Below, in pieces: positions 26,278 to 39,474 of a stretch of DNA of 64,000 nt; the first letter of the stretch is position 1; each line of letters opens with the position of its first letter. The notes beneath the pieces are model-generated. The model had not been told where the DNA came from, searched no databases, and saw nothing but the letters and a program-made list of their open reading frames with translations. A program made the translations under genes and the position numbers. Location of the stretch: assembly GCF_009834535.1 (NCBI RefSeq), contig NC_045697.1:92940001-93004000 (forward strand), given 5' to 3'. This stretch comes from Camelus ferus. Lineage: Eukaryota.

Positions 26278-27423
26278 TCTCAGCCATTATCTCCTAGGGT
26301 AGTCTACCCAGGCAATAGAAATAAAAGCAAAAATAAACAAATGGGACCTAATTAAACTTACAAGCTTTTACAAAGAAAATGAAAAGACAACCTACAGAAT
26401 GGGAGAAAATATTTGCAAAAGATGAGACTAACAAGGGCTTAATATCCAGAATACATAAACAGTTCTTACAACTTAACAATAAAAAAACAAACAATCCAAT
26501 CCGAAAAAGGACAGAAGACCTAAACAAGCAACTGTCCAATGAACACACACAGATGGCCAATAGGCACATGAAAAAATGCTCAATATCACTAATCATCAGA
26601 GAAATGCAAATCAAAACTACAATGAGGTATCAGCTAACACCAATCAGAATGGCCATCATTCAAAAGTCCACAAATGATAAATGCTGGACAGGGTGTGGAG
26701 AAAAGGGAGTCCTCCTACACTGTTGGTGGGTGCAGCCACTGTGGAAAACAGTATGGAGATTCCTCAAAAGACTAAAAATAGACTTACCATATGACCCAGA
26801 AATCCCACTCCTGAGAATATATTCAGAGGGAACCTTAATTCACAAAGATACATGCACCCCAAAGTGCATAGCAGCACTATTTACAGTAGTCAAGACAGAA
26901 ACAACCTAAATGTCCATTGTCAGATGACTGGATAAAGAAGTTGTGGTATATTTATACAATGGAATACTACTCAGCCATAAAAATAATAAAATAATGCCAT
27001 TTGTAGTAACATGGAATTTGACCTGGAGATTGTCATTCTAAGTGAAGTAAGCAAGAAAGAGAATGAAAAATACCACGATATCACTCATATGTGAAATCTA
27101 AAAAAAAGAAAAAAGCCAAATGAATTTATTTACAAAATGGAAACAGACTCACAGACATAGAAAACAAACTTATGGTTACCAGGGAGTGAAGGGGGTGGGA
27201 AGGGATAAATTGGAAGTTTAAGATTTGCAGGTACTATTATATATAAAATAGATAAACAACAAGTTCATACTGTATAGCACAGGGAACTATATTCAATATT
27301 TTGTAGTAATATATGATGAAAAAATATGAAAATGAATATATGCATGTTAATATATGACAGAACCATTATGCTGTACACCAGAAATTGGCACAATATTGTA
27401 AACTGACTATACTTCAATAAAAA

Positions 27424-27461
<38 letters not shown>

Positions 27462-27462
27462 A
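26278..27462 (+). mobile_element. Young 5'-truncated LINE-1 (about 1.2 kb) with TSD aaaaattaaa
   Basis: ORF2 C-terminus plus 3' UTR, with a tail containing (AT)n. TSD at 26268-26277 and 27463-27472, at a TT/AAAA endonuclease site. Confidence 0.95.
26379..26909 (+). pseudogene. LINE-1 ORF2p C-terminal (cysteine-rich domain) fragment, non-functional
   Basis: The [16 protein letters not shown]...[31 protein letters not shown]...[17 protein letters not shown]...[10 protein letters not shown] is canonical ORF2p C-terminus, with small deletions and a frameshifted end. Confidence 0.95.
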
Positions 27463-27539
27463 AAAAATTAAAGTAGGAACTTACAAGTGATCTTTCCAAA
27501 AGGCAGTAATTTATACTCTGACAGTTTCTTAGAATACCT

Positions 27540-28660
27540 ATGTCTTTGCAAGCTTCCCAACACCGAATCTTTAAAAATGTTGCCATCCTTTCAGGAAACA
27601 TAATATCTCACTGGTTTAATGGCTATTTCCCTGAATGCTAGCGAGGCTATTTACTAGTTTTTAGTAAATTTATTAGCTACTTCTGTTTATTTGCCTACAA
27701 AATGTCATTCATATCCTCTGTCAGATTGTCATTACTTTAATTGTCATCTATTTGTCAGGAGTTCATCATATACTCTGGATTATTATTCTTTTGTCTCATA
27801 TACTTTGCAGATAATCTCTCGAAGTTTATCATTTGTCCTCTAATTTGTCATTAGAAACTCTTAAAAGTTTGCATAGTTTTAAGATTTGCACTTTGTTATT
27901 TTTTCATGAAGTTTTTCCCTAACTCAAAATTAGAAACCTTCACCTGTATGTCTTCTGTAGAAAAATTATTAGCATTTTAATCTACTTGAAATTTATTTTT
28001 TGTGTGTGTAACAAAAAGATGGGGTCTAACTGATGAATTACAAATTGATGCATTCTTTCTCCACATCAGAAATGTAAACCTGATAAAGCAATATGAACAA
28101 GCTTGTTTTTGCACTTTGTATTTCTTATCAAAGGTATGTTTGTATATGCGTGAAGTAATTTCATTATATTTTAATGCTTATGACTTAATAGTATATTTGT
28201 GTCTTATAGAGTAAGTCCTTTTTCATTGTATTCATTTAAAATATATTCTTGGATATTATGGAGAATTTATGTTTCACATGGATTTTAGGATTACCTTTTT
28301 AATGTTTCATTGAAACATATTTGTTTAATTGGGATGCTATTAGATATCATTTGGGGAACATATGCTACAATACTAATTACTTCTTCAAACAAAGCACTGC
28401 CTCTTCATTCAGGTATTCTATTATTTCTTTTAGTACAATTTTAAAGTTTATTTCAGTTGGTTTACACATTTCTTAGATATTAATGTATACTATTGATAAA
28501 ATAATGTATATTACTGATAATTTTTTCTTATTATTGTTTTATCATTGGTTGTTTTAATTACACGCTATATACACATAAAACAGCTTTTATATAACATACC
28601 ACTGCACTTTTTCATCACTTTTAATAATTCTGCTGTTGATTCTCCTGAAATGTCTGTAAC
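27540..28660 (-). mobile_element. Ancient L1M(E)-type ORF2 3' fragment
   Basis: Antisense L1 motifs 'tatttccctgaatgctagcgagg', 'ggagttcatcatatactctggat' and 'tttgcagataatctctc'. Very diverged. Confidence 0.6.
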
Positions 28661-31593
28661 TGTATAATTTGGTAGTATACATTATTTGTTTGCATGCTTA
28701 TTGATATAAATAGTTGATCTATAAATTAAAATCATTAAAGTGCTCAAGGAAGAGTGAAATTAAACACATTTATTTTCATTACCTATAGATAGCAGTTAAG
28801 TTTAGAAACCTATCAAGTAACATTTAAATCTTAAGAATATGGTTTTGTTTAAAATCCATTTAAGGTTTTGATTATTGGTGAACTATAAATTTATTCGAGA
28901 ACAATAGTGACCTATTTGTTTGACTATCTTCACCTGATATATAATATTTTTTTGTGGGGAATTATGCAATTTTCTAATATAAATTTCAAGCCCCTTTAAC
29001 ACATTTTAATTAAATTACATTTATCCACAATGAAGAAACAAGAAGGTACTTGACATCCTTATTCACAATATCTGACAATAAAAGAACCAGTGAACTTATC
29101 TTGAGAGAACAAAGGTGGGGCAGGGATGAGGAATCCCTAGATTGCAAATCTGCATTCTCTTTGAATTCTGCTTAAAATAAAATTTGTGAGAGTCTGTTTG
29201 AAATCTAAATAGAAGTTATTATGATGAAGCTGGCTGCAGCCTTTTACAGGTTTTTATTCTTTATGCCTGCTCCGTTCCCTACAGCGTATCTGTGAAGTGC
29301 AGAAAAGTTCACAGCAGATGATTATACTGAGGCGCCACGGCCACTGGAGTGTGAGATAATCTGCAGAGCTGAGAATTAATGTCTTGAGCAACCAAGCGGG
29401 AAACCAAAGGGGAGTTATTGCTTCAGTCAAGTTTAATGTCTAAAACACACCTGAATCTATAGCTCTTTATTATTGCTCAAATCTATACTTTTGGTCATTT
29501 GGTTACATGCTAGCAGAGGTTATATTTTTCCTCTCACTCAGTGATCCTTGGTCAGTTCATAGAATGTAAATTCCCAAGACGCTACGTAGAGCATTTAAGC
29601 AAAATAGTACAGTTTTCAACATTTGCCATTTCATGGAAAAATTAAGCAAATGAGATGATTCTTTATTAAACCTTTGAAGTACATAGAGTGAAATCAAATT
29701 GGACTTTGATTTTTTCATACTTCTGGACAAGATACCATCAAGGAAATAAGTGTTTCACACTTAAGAAACATCATAGGGTATAGAAGAAATTTTACTAGAA
29801 CAAGTAAGGACATATTTACACAAGTCTGTTGTTTTTATCTAGAGGTTATGTCGGTAGAGAAAAACTTACATAATCTGGATCATATTTCTTCTTGGTTTGG
29901 AGAACATTTTCCTGTTTTATATAAATGGTGTATTTTACTATCTCAAGTTTAAAGTGGATGGCTGTCAATGCTATTTATGAATTCTTTCAAATTATAATTC
30001 CTATATTTACTTTTATATCTTTATTGACCCAATAAGCACAACTAACTGGCCATACACTGCTATTTGTAAATTTATCGGTTAATACATTTTGTTTGTGAAG
30101 TCAGTGTGACTTTACCACTATTATGTCTAAGCTAAACCTAGTAAATATGTCCACAACCTATAATAAGTGTCTTACCAAGCATAGTGAAATTGCACATTTA
30201 TGTTTATGAATGTTGACCCGAAGCAAATGTCTTCTGTCCTTTGATTTGAAAGAATGCAACTTGTTTGTAATAATTTTCACCATATAGGCAGAGCCACCGA
30301 ATATTTCAATAAACTGTTATGACAATAAATGTTGAATATTATTGACTGAATAACTCTTTAGATGCATACATGTATCTATAACATTTTGATCATCTTATCT
30401 AATTAGCATTTTAAGGAGGATATAATAGAGCAATCCTCCCCACAATATATTTTTAAAAAGTAGTTTAGAGAGTGAAATGGAGATGTCATTTGGAAACTGA
30501 TGGGTTAAATTTAAAGAGAAAGGAACTAAAGAAATCATAGGAGGGGATGAATGGCCTGAGGAATCTGAAGGCACGGCAGTATACGGCAATCTACTCATGA
30601 CTACACTCATCAAATTCACACTATCGAGCATTCAATTTGTCACAATGAAACGGAACATGTTGCTCTATCCTCCATAATTCAGAATGTACATCATTAGAAA
30701 TCTGACATTGAAAGAGGCAATTTAATTCTTTTCTCTATTAATTATAGGATAAGAAAATAGATTTCTCTTCAGAACTTCCCAGTTTGTTCATCTTGCTACA
30801 AAATCATAGTCTAGGCAAATTATTCACAAATATACTGACTGCTTTCACTATTTCTGCTGTCTTTGCAAATATGCCTTTGCCTTCTAATGTCTCTGGCATT
30901 TTCACAACAGGAATTGCCATTATTTGTAGTTTCAGGCATTAAAGCATCAAGCCAAGAATGATTAGAGATGTTAGGAAGTAGTAAAACACCTGCCATTCCA
31001 AACTGTCCTGAGATAATACAAACCGAGTCCGCTTTGTGTTTATAACTGACCCATTAATTATGTGCTGGAAATTCCAAGCAAAGTTCCTGCTGTTTTCAGA
31101 ACTGAGAACTCAATGCTGATTGGTCTTGCAAGAACTGCCAAGAGATAATAAGAAATGATTTAAGGGGATATGAAAACAAATTTTTCATGCTGTTTGAGGC
31201 TCTATTTCAGAATTTGTGAGTAATGTGTAATGGCAGAAAATTCTTTACTGCTAACTAGGCTGATTACCTGATAAAATACCTGTTCTTTAATTAAATCTTG
31301 ACTTTGATTCTCCCTAGCAACAAAACTATTGGCTTGCTAGGGATACCTGTGTATATAACTTTAATGCATTTTTAGATTAAATATAGCTTAATAAATTATA
31401 TCTCCATTATTTTATGTAATGACCTGAAACAACTTGAGATTTTATACTTTATCCCGATTGGTTAAAATATTATTAATTTAGCAAAAAAGTTAAGTATTTC
31501 TGATTTTTTTTCATATATTTGATTCTCCCATGGAAAATTGTAAATATAATCTGGTTTACATTGAAATGAGAGTGAGCCTAGAGGAAGACATCT

Positions 31594-31963
31594 TGTGATA
31601 GGCCACTTACATTTCTTTCAAAGAGGGACCTCTTGCCTCCATTGCTGGGAGTCCTGTCAGTAGACAGCCTTTGGCTCTTAGCTCCTTCAGATAATATCTA
31701 AGCGGCAGATGGTCATGCAGTTCTTCAGGTCCATATACCTCAAGACTGATCAGATTGGGTTATAAAGCCTGGTCACTTTGACTCAATATACAACTCTTAT
31801 GGATGAAGCAGAATGCTTCCAAGTTACTCATTGGATGGCATAAGCTTATCATTCAGGCCTGCAGTGCAGCAACTCACATTCTCTCTCTGCCCAATACTGC
31901 TCCTTCCCCTCCTTTCTACAGATGCTGATTTCAAGAATACTGCCTTAAAAAAACCTTATACAC
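31594..31963 (+). mobile_element. LTR16(C)-like ERVL LTR, 3'-truncated
   Basis: 'tgctgggagtcctgtcagtagacagcct', 'ataaagcctggtcactttgactcaa' and 'ttctctctctgcccaatactgctccttccc' follow the LTR16 consensus. Confidence 0.8.
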
Positions 31964-32262
31964 TTTAAGGTAATTAATTGTGTACCCCCTCCAAATGTAT
32001 ATGTTGAATCTCTAACATCTAGTACCTCAGACATAACTGTATTCAGAGATCAGGCCTTTAACGAGGTAATTAAGCTAAGATGAGGCCATGAGGATGGGCC
32101 CTAATCCAGTATGATTGGTGTACTTATAAGAATAGGAGATTAGGACATACGGAGAGACATCAGTGGTGTGTACGCACAGTGGGACAACCACATGAAGAAG
32201 TAGCAAGAAGGTGGCCATCTGCAAGCCAAGGAGAGAGGCCACAAAGGAAACTAACCCTGCAG
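31964..32262 (+). mobile_element. MLT1 (MaLR) LTR, 3'-truncated
   Basis: Classic MLT1 motifs 'tatatgttgaatctctaac...gaggtaattaagctaagatgaggcc...ggccctaatccagtatgattggtg' and 'ggccatctgcaagccaaggagagaggcc'. Confidence 0.9.
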
Positions 32263-32939
32263 GTAAGTTTGTATGCATGTTCAGAAAACTGAGGAATTTC
32301 TCTTTCAATTTAAATTTTTTTGTTTGAACACATTGATTTCTACTTCTTTGTAAGTAGTATTTAATATATATTCCCCCAAATTATTACAATGATGAACAGA
32401 GACACTTGAACTGGATTTTTCAAGTGCATTTTGATATAAGTGCATCACTGGTACAAGATGTATGAAGAAGGGTCAACAGAAAACAAAAACTTAATTCAGA
32501 CTCTAATATGACTGGAAGCTAATGACTTTATTTACACACCAAATCATTCTTTTTCCAGCAGAGAAAATAAAAAATTGAATTTTAAAAGCTAATTAAAACT
32601 GCAATTAGTAACTTGAGATAGCATATTAAAAAAAAAAAAAAAACTGACAGTAAAACAAAGAACACAACACTCTCCCCAAAGCAAACCTCTGGTCATTTCT
32701 AAGAAAACCTTAAGAACAGTGCTAACAGGACTGAAAACGCTAGTGCATAATGGATGTTGGGCCAGTGTATTATCTCTATGAGGAACTATCTGATTATTTA
32801 CTGTGTACAGCTGTTCTAGAAACTTCCTTAGAGGGTCATGTGAAATTATGACATTATTATGCAATGAATTCCAGATTCCATAATGATTTAAATGATTATT
32901 TTCTGAAAACTGGAAAGGTTTCCAACTCAAATAAATTAA

Positions 32940-33075
32940 AATGAATGCATTCATTCATTTAATGTAACTTTATTAAAGTCAATGTAAGTCTATTAAAGTC
33001 CTAATTTTTGGTGCTGGGGGCTAGAGCAGTGAATAGCATAGATAAAACCATTGCCCTTATGGAACTTACATTTAC
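32940..33075 (-). mobile_element. L2 3' tail fragment
   Basis: 'cattcattcattt...ggtgctgggggctagagcagtgaa...gcccttatggaacttacatt'. Confidence 0.7.
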
Positions 33076-33456
33076 AGATAAGGAATTTCTCTCTTCTTAA
33101 AAAGTGATTCATATTTTATTACAAAGTGTCTGAGCTTAATTTTTAAAACTTTTCTCCCATTCTAAACTTTTCTATGCTCTGCCACAAAAATAATCTTAAT
33201 AAAATGAGATCTGATTGTAACTTCTACCTTATTAAAAGTGCATCAATTAACACAGCAACTCATACTGTCTGGTGCCTTTCTTTATAAACACAAGGGGGAA
33301 AAAAAGAAAAACAAGTGTAAATGAAATCAGGATTTACAAAAACTCTGAATCATTATACAAAATGAATTTAATGATGTATGGATCCAGCCAAGAGATGATG
33401 CTGAGCAAAGAAACAAACTTCTAATGGTTTTGGACACATGTTCATTTTTCCACAAG

Positions 33457-33754
33457 TATACAAATGAACTTATTTACAATATAGAAATAGACTCAAAGAC
33501 ATAGAAAACAAATTTAGTATTATCAAAGGGGAAAGACATGGGAGAAATAAACTGGGAGTTTTGGGTAACAGATAAACACTAGTATAGGTAAAATAGATAA
33601 ACAACAAGGAGCTACTGTACAGCACAGGAAACTTTTTTTAATATCTTGCAATAACTTATAATGGAAAATAATCTGAAAAAAAAAAATAAAACTGAATCAC
33701 TTTGCTATACACCTGAAACACAACATTGTAGATCAAGCATACCTCAATAAAAAA
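33457..33754 (+). mobile_element. LINE-1 3' UTR fragment (older cetartiodactyl type)
   Basis: Homologous to the UTRs of the young L1s ('aaaatagataaacaacaagg...ctgtacagcacagg'). Ends aataaaaaa. Confidence 0.9.
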
Positions 33755-34755
33755 TGTTGGTCTTTATTTTCAAAGGTGAAGTTTGGAAAAGACTTTTATT
33801 CAACCAGATGAGGAAGTATATTGCACAGCCTCTTTACAAAAAGCAGGCAGGCTCTTGGTGAGGCAGGCGGCAGTGTGGGGAAGCAGCTGCCAATTACAGC
33901 CAGCTGAAGAAAAATAAATACAGTTAAATTGCCACTCGAAGGCAGAACCAGGAATAAAACAGAAAACACAGGACATGCAGAGCTTTGTTGGGTTTCCTGA
34001 CAGAGGACATATCAAACGCTGAGAGTCATGATCACAGATGTACTATCAGGGCGGACTGCAGAGTAAGAAACAGTTTTGAGAAAGCTTTGAGAAAAAAGTT
34101 CTGAGAAAATTACTTATATTCCGTTTTCCTGGCACCTTAGGTTTGCTCCTTTATTTTACTTCAAGTTACTCATAATGGTGAGTGAATGGAAACTTATAGG
34201 AACCTACACCTACAAAACATAGGAAAATAAGGTAAGAAACAAAAAGCACACAAAGATATACCACGTAAAGGGACACTATCAAAAATTAAAAATAGAAACA
34301 AGAGCTCAAATAAAAGGTTAAAAGCTAAAACAATAAATGATAAAATATGAGAAAAAGTATGAGCCAATATAGCACAGATTAGTAATGGAAGAAAAAAACT
34401 TAGTACATAAATAAAAGCAATGTTTGAAATACCTGAAAGAAGAGTATTTTCTTATTTTTTTTTAAAAGAAGCAGAGAGAGAGAGAATGAGATTAAAAAAA
34501 GTAAGTAAAATAGGAAAGTACACAAAGTTTATCATTATACAGTAACATAATTAGATATATTAGAGACAGGATAGAAAAGCCTTAAACACATGGCATTTGC
34601 ATCTAGGAGGATGGAGAAAAGAAAATAACAGAACTGACGTAAAGACACGTTCATGAGAGGCATTCTGAATGACAAAAATGAATATTTATAGGGGCATCAG
34701 AAAAAAATTCAGTCACTTAGGATGGTATGTGTATGCAAATATGTTTGAGTGTGTG

Positions 34756-34759
<4 letters not shown>

Positions 34760-34787
<28 letters not shown>
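34760..34787. repeat. (GT)n microsatellite
   Basis: Directly visible. Confidence 0.95.
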
Positions 34788-34790
<3 letters not shown>

Positions 34791-35047
34791 ATGTGGGAGA
34801 ATGAGGCTGGGAAGTCAGCATTAGAAAGCCCACTGACAGTGAAATTCTTTCTTTGAGCCACAGAGAAAGAATCTACAAGGACTGAGATGGTAACTGTCGA
34901 TAAATACTCTTTAAATCCATGTTTGTTTGTTTTTCTTAAAGGAAAAACAAATATGGTGACCAATTACAAAAACTAAGAGAAAAATTAAGATGATCAGGAA
35001 AGTAAAAGTGCTGAACATGACTATTATCTGGGAATGATTTCATTCCC

Positions 35048-35084
<37 letters not shown>

Positions 35085-35600
35085 TAGTTGATTTCATGAA
35101 ACACATTTTAAAAAGTCAATAGGAAAAAAATGATCACCTCAACAACTGCCAAAAAGTTACTTGATAAAATACAACATGCATTTCTGGTAAAAACTCTAAA
35201 TAAAATAGGAAAGAAATATAATTCCTTGATGTAAATTAAAATATATATCATAAGGTAAAAGCCAGCATCATGCATAATGTTGGATCATCTGAAACAAATT
35301 TTAAGAACAATATAAGATTGTCCATCATAAACATTAGTATTTAACAATACTGTAAAAGTACTATCCAGTCAATTAGTTGTAGACAAAGAGAGAAGCATAA
35401 TTATCATTGTTTTAGATGATATTGTACTACTAAAACACTTCACAAAATGCACTTAAAATTTTGAAAAATAAGATAATTTTTATGGTGGCCTGTTACAAAG
35501 TGAACAGACAAAATAGACAAAATGAGTAAGTAATTAGATTGCATATATAAAATTAGGATTTATATCCCCTTTTACTATAGCAAACTAAAAGTTAAATAAC
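35085..35600 (+). mobile_element. Ancient L1 ORF2 RT-region remnant
   Basis: 'atgatcacctcaacaactgccaaaaagttacttgataaaatacaacatgca' (MI.S.DA.K..DKIQH-like), 'gccagcatcatgcataatg' and 'ttgtttttagatgatatt' (LF.DD). Confidence 0.7.
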
Positions 35601-35855
35601 AACAACAACAACAAAAGCCAGAAATAAATTGAAACATAATACACAGCACCACATGATTGTAACTTCAAATTCAGGGTCTTTTTTCTTAAATACCAGAGTA
35701 CTCATGAATCTTGGTTTCAAGGGAGATAAATATATTCTATCTAGCTTAAACAAAAAGGAAAATCATTGGACATATACCAGAGTCTTACTGATTGTACTTA
35801 AGGTTGAAAATTTTTGCCTAAAGAAAAAATTCAGACACTAAAACAGCTCTTCTGG

Positions 35856-36437
35856 CACTATTTACAATTAGCCAAAACATGGAAACAATCTAAACGTCCA
35901 TCAACAAATGACTGGATGAAGAAGCTGTGGTATACATATACAATGGAATACAACTCAGCCTTAAAAAAAATAAAATAATGCCATTTGCAGCAACATGGAT
36001 GGACCTGGAGATTGTCATACTAAATGAAGTAAGCCAGAAAGAGAAAGAAAAATACCATATGATGTCATTTATATGTGGAATCTAAAAGAAAAGGCAGAAA
36101 GGAACTTACTTACAAAACAGAAACAGACTCATAGACATTGTGAAACATAGAAAACAAATGTATGATTACCAGTAGGGGTAGAGGAGTGGGAAAGGATAAA
36201 TTGGGAGTTTGAGATTTGCAGATATTAACTACTATATATAAATAAACAAGTTTCTTCTGTACAGCACAGGGAACTATATTCAATATCTTGTAGTAACCTA
36301 TAATGAAAAATAATATGAAAAGGAATATATGTATGTATATGTATGACTGAAGCATTATGCTGTGCACCAGAAATTGAGACAGCCTTGTAAACTGACTATA
36401 CTTCAATGAAAAAAATTATAATAAAAAAATTAAAATG
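35856..36437 (+). mobile_element. Young 5'-truncated LINE-1 (about 580 bp) with 15-bp TSD
   Basis: L1 3' end with A-rich tail. TSD aaacagctcttctgg (35841-35855) and aaacagttctgctgg (36438-36452). Confidence 0.95.
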
Positions 36438-36609
36438 AAACAGTTCTGCTGGACCTGTTCATTTATACTGAAGATGCTCTTCAGTATAAATCATCAGGAA
36501 AGACTGTCAGGGTCAACAGTAGATACTGCAGCTCCCTCCTTTGGAAAAGGTGGTTACCACCGCTGGATACCTTTACTGAAACAATGGCAAAAACAAATTT
36601 TCACTGACC

Positions 36610-36617
36610 TTCTCTTC

Positions 36618-36675
<58 letters not shown>

Positions 36676-36830
36676 TTCCTTCCTTCCTTCCTTCCTTCCT
36701 TCCTTCCTTCCTTCCTTCCTTCCTTTCTTTCTTTTCTTTCTTTCTTTCCTTCCTTCCTTCCTTCTTTCTTTCCTTCTTTTTTCTTTCTTTTTTTCTTTTT
36801 CTTTCTTTCTTTCTTCCTTTTTTTTCTTTC
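36610..36830. repeat. Compound (TTTC)n/(TTCC)n polypyrimidine microsatellite, about 220 bp
   Basis: Directly visible. Confidence 0.97.
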
Positions 36831-37139
36831 TAGTTGCATTGCTAGCACCAAGTTTAATACATAAAGCAGAAGTTTAGATTTGGACAAGACACCTGTGAGC
36901 CATTTTCTGTGAATTTGAGAGAGAAATATTTGGGATATTCATCTTCCATACTGAAAGGTAGAGCAATGACTCCCACTAGGCTATGCACAATTGATCATCT
37001 CCAAAAATTAAAAAGTAGATGTTGGGTAATAAAGAGCAAAGACATACTGAGAATCTTGTTGTTTTCCTAACACTGACACTCATCCATCTTTCCATAGTTA
37101 AACTACCAAAAATTTTCTACCTACATAATGCAACTCTTC

Positions 37140-38000
37140 CTTTCACAATTAAGAAAACAAAGGAGTTCCCACTTTCCCATAAGATCACAACTCTAAACCC
37201 CTTCATGCCTGCATGTGCCCCAGTACCATTGTTGCTGGGGGATATCTACTCCACTTCTGACTTTGTTATGCACCTCTCTCAGTATTCCACAAATAGCCCA
37301 ATGGCAAAGTTAACCGACTACCACCCTCAGTATACAATTGTCAGGAAGAGGGGATAAAGAGGAATTTGAAAGGTGGAATCACACTAGATCAAGTCTATTT
37401 TTCTACAATTGGTAATTGGCGTAATTTATATTTATGGTTCTCCTTTTTCACTACCTACTCATTTAGTAGGCAACTCTGTTGATAAGCTATTAAGAGCTCT
37501 TTGTTCTTTGGGTGAGCCACACCTTCATTTCTGAGGATGTTCGTGGCAGTAATGCCTCTTTGGGATTCTCTGTGTTGCATTAATATTTATCATTGGTTAT
37601 ATTTTTCTGATAATAGGAGATACCCCTCATAGTATGCAGTTTTATCTACTTGATTATCCATCTTATTTTTACTTGTTTACCAATCATAATAAATAGCCTT
37701 AAGTGGACTACTATCAGATTCAGCTTATAATTTTCTGCAGCCATCATTTTCCTTAAGTTGAAAAAGTCCTAACCCTGCAGAACCTAGAATTATGTTGAGA
37801 ACATTGTTTTCCTTGACAAACCAAATATTCATCATGAACGGTGCCATTCTACTCATTGGTTAATAGGCAACAGTATTTTCTTCATGGGCAGAACAGCTCC
37901 ATATAGTGTTATGTCTGGTTCAAATTCCACACTATAATCTGAAGGTCTGCTTCCCATTCTGCAAAGAGCTTGACTCTCAGTTGGCCAGATAGCTTCTTCC
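37140..38000 (-). mobile_element. Degenerate ERVL/MaLR internal fragment
   Basis: Motifs resembling antisense ERVL 3' internal sequence, such as 'gcagaacctagaatt', 'ggtgccattctactcattgg' and 'gactctcagttggccagatagc'. Confidence 0.4.
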
Positions 38001-39266
38001 CTGTATTTCATGGCTAAATTTTTCACATCATTCAGGTCTCTGATAAAATATAGAAGAGAGTAATGTTTTTGACTGATCTAGCTAAAAGAGGACAACATTC
38101 ACTATTCCCGTTCTCTTATCTTTCCCCAATGCCAAGATGAATATTCAGTACACAGGCAGATTGTTTGTTGCAGGAACTTCCATTATCCCCTACAAGCAAA
38201 AAGGGAGAGGCTGTTAGAGATGTGCTAGGTGTATTGACTGGAGTCTGAATTGTCAGTCTTGGATAACAGACTGGAACCACAGCGACTTTGGAGGGGCGAG
38301 GAGCAGACAGCACTGCCTCAGGACACCGCCCTTGCTACTTGATGCCAACCAACATGCCAGGCATTGACTCTGAAGTCCTTTCTTTTCAGGCATCTTATAA
38401 GCATTTCTTTTGTTACCCCAAGTTTCAAAGTTTCAGGTCAAGCCTAGTATATGTACCCTAATTCCCTGGGACCAGTGATGAAGTTCTGGCTCCTTTGGGC
38501 ACTTACAAAACACAATATAGAGAAAAAGTAAAATATACAAAGGGGTGGTCTGATCTGGAAACATATGTACTACATATGTGTAATCTTGAAGAGATGAGAA
38601 AAGAAATGTATCTTAGGGGAGAAAAATCAAATGTAGTAAATTTGCATACATTTCTCTCTCTCTCTTTCTCATTAAATACATAATGTTGAAAACATAATTT
38701 TAATGGAAGATTATCTCAATCAGAAAAATAGATGTGATTATGGAATTTAATTTGCTTATTTTACAGGATATGCATTTATAGGAAAGGAAAAGTGGTTATA
38801 AAGAATGAGTATTCGTATGGAAATTAAACATTCAAGAGTAGACAGGAGTTTCTGAAAGATGAAGGGTGAGTTAGCCATATTACAATACACTGAAATATAT
38901 TATGGATTTAGAATCATTAAAATGGTTTGGACATAAGAATTCATTAACAAATCAATGTATTATGATAGAACATAAAAAAATAGATGCTAACATTTATAAT
39001 AATTCAAGATAAATTTACAATAATTAAACATTTAATATATTTTGTACACATAAAATAATGGTCATTGAGAGATGGATAGCTCATTTTCTACTAAATTAAA
39101 TATTAAAAAATAAGTTCACTTTTGGAAAGTGCGAAATTTTAATGAAAAGACAGAGAGTGAAGAAAACATTACTAGGGCAGACACAAACTCACAAAATGTA
39201 AAACAATACATAGCAATACATTTTTCTATCCCTTACACAAAGTTAAAAAGTAAATGATACATTTTT

Positions 39267-39474
39267 AATTCTTATTTTTTACTGGTGTAGTTGATTCACA
39301 ATGTTAGTTTCATGTGTACAGCAAAGCAATTCAGTCATACATATACATACATAAATACATATTTTTTTCAGATTCTTTTCCATTACTGCTCATTACAAGA
39401 TACTGAATATTGTTTCCTGTGCTATACAGTAGGTCTTTGCTGTTTACCTATTTTATATTTAGTAATGTACATCT
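39267..39474 (-). mobile_element. Short LINE-1 3' UTR insertion with TSD
   Basis: Antisense L1 tail. Flanks aagtaaatgatacattttt (39248-39266) and aagcaaatgatgcactttt (39475-39493). Confidence 0.9.

Noticed and set aside
26348..26614. Antisense [25 protein letters not shown]
   Set aside because: It is a common antisense reading of L1 ORF2. The same applies to the ORFs at 23553, 23932, 27265, 36110 and 39291, which all lie in L1.
30395..30631. ORF and GC-richer patch
   Set aside because: No recognisable protein motif or paired splice sites.
36435..36887. ORFs of 132 aa (+) and 104 aa (-)
   Set aside because: They are translations of the TTTC/TTCC microsatellite and are low-complexity artefacts.
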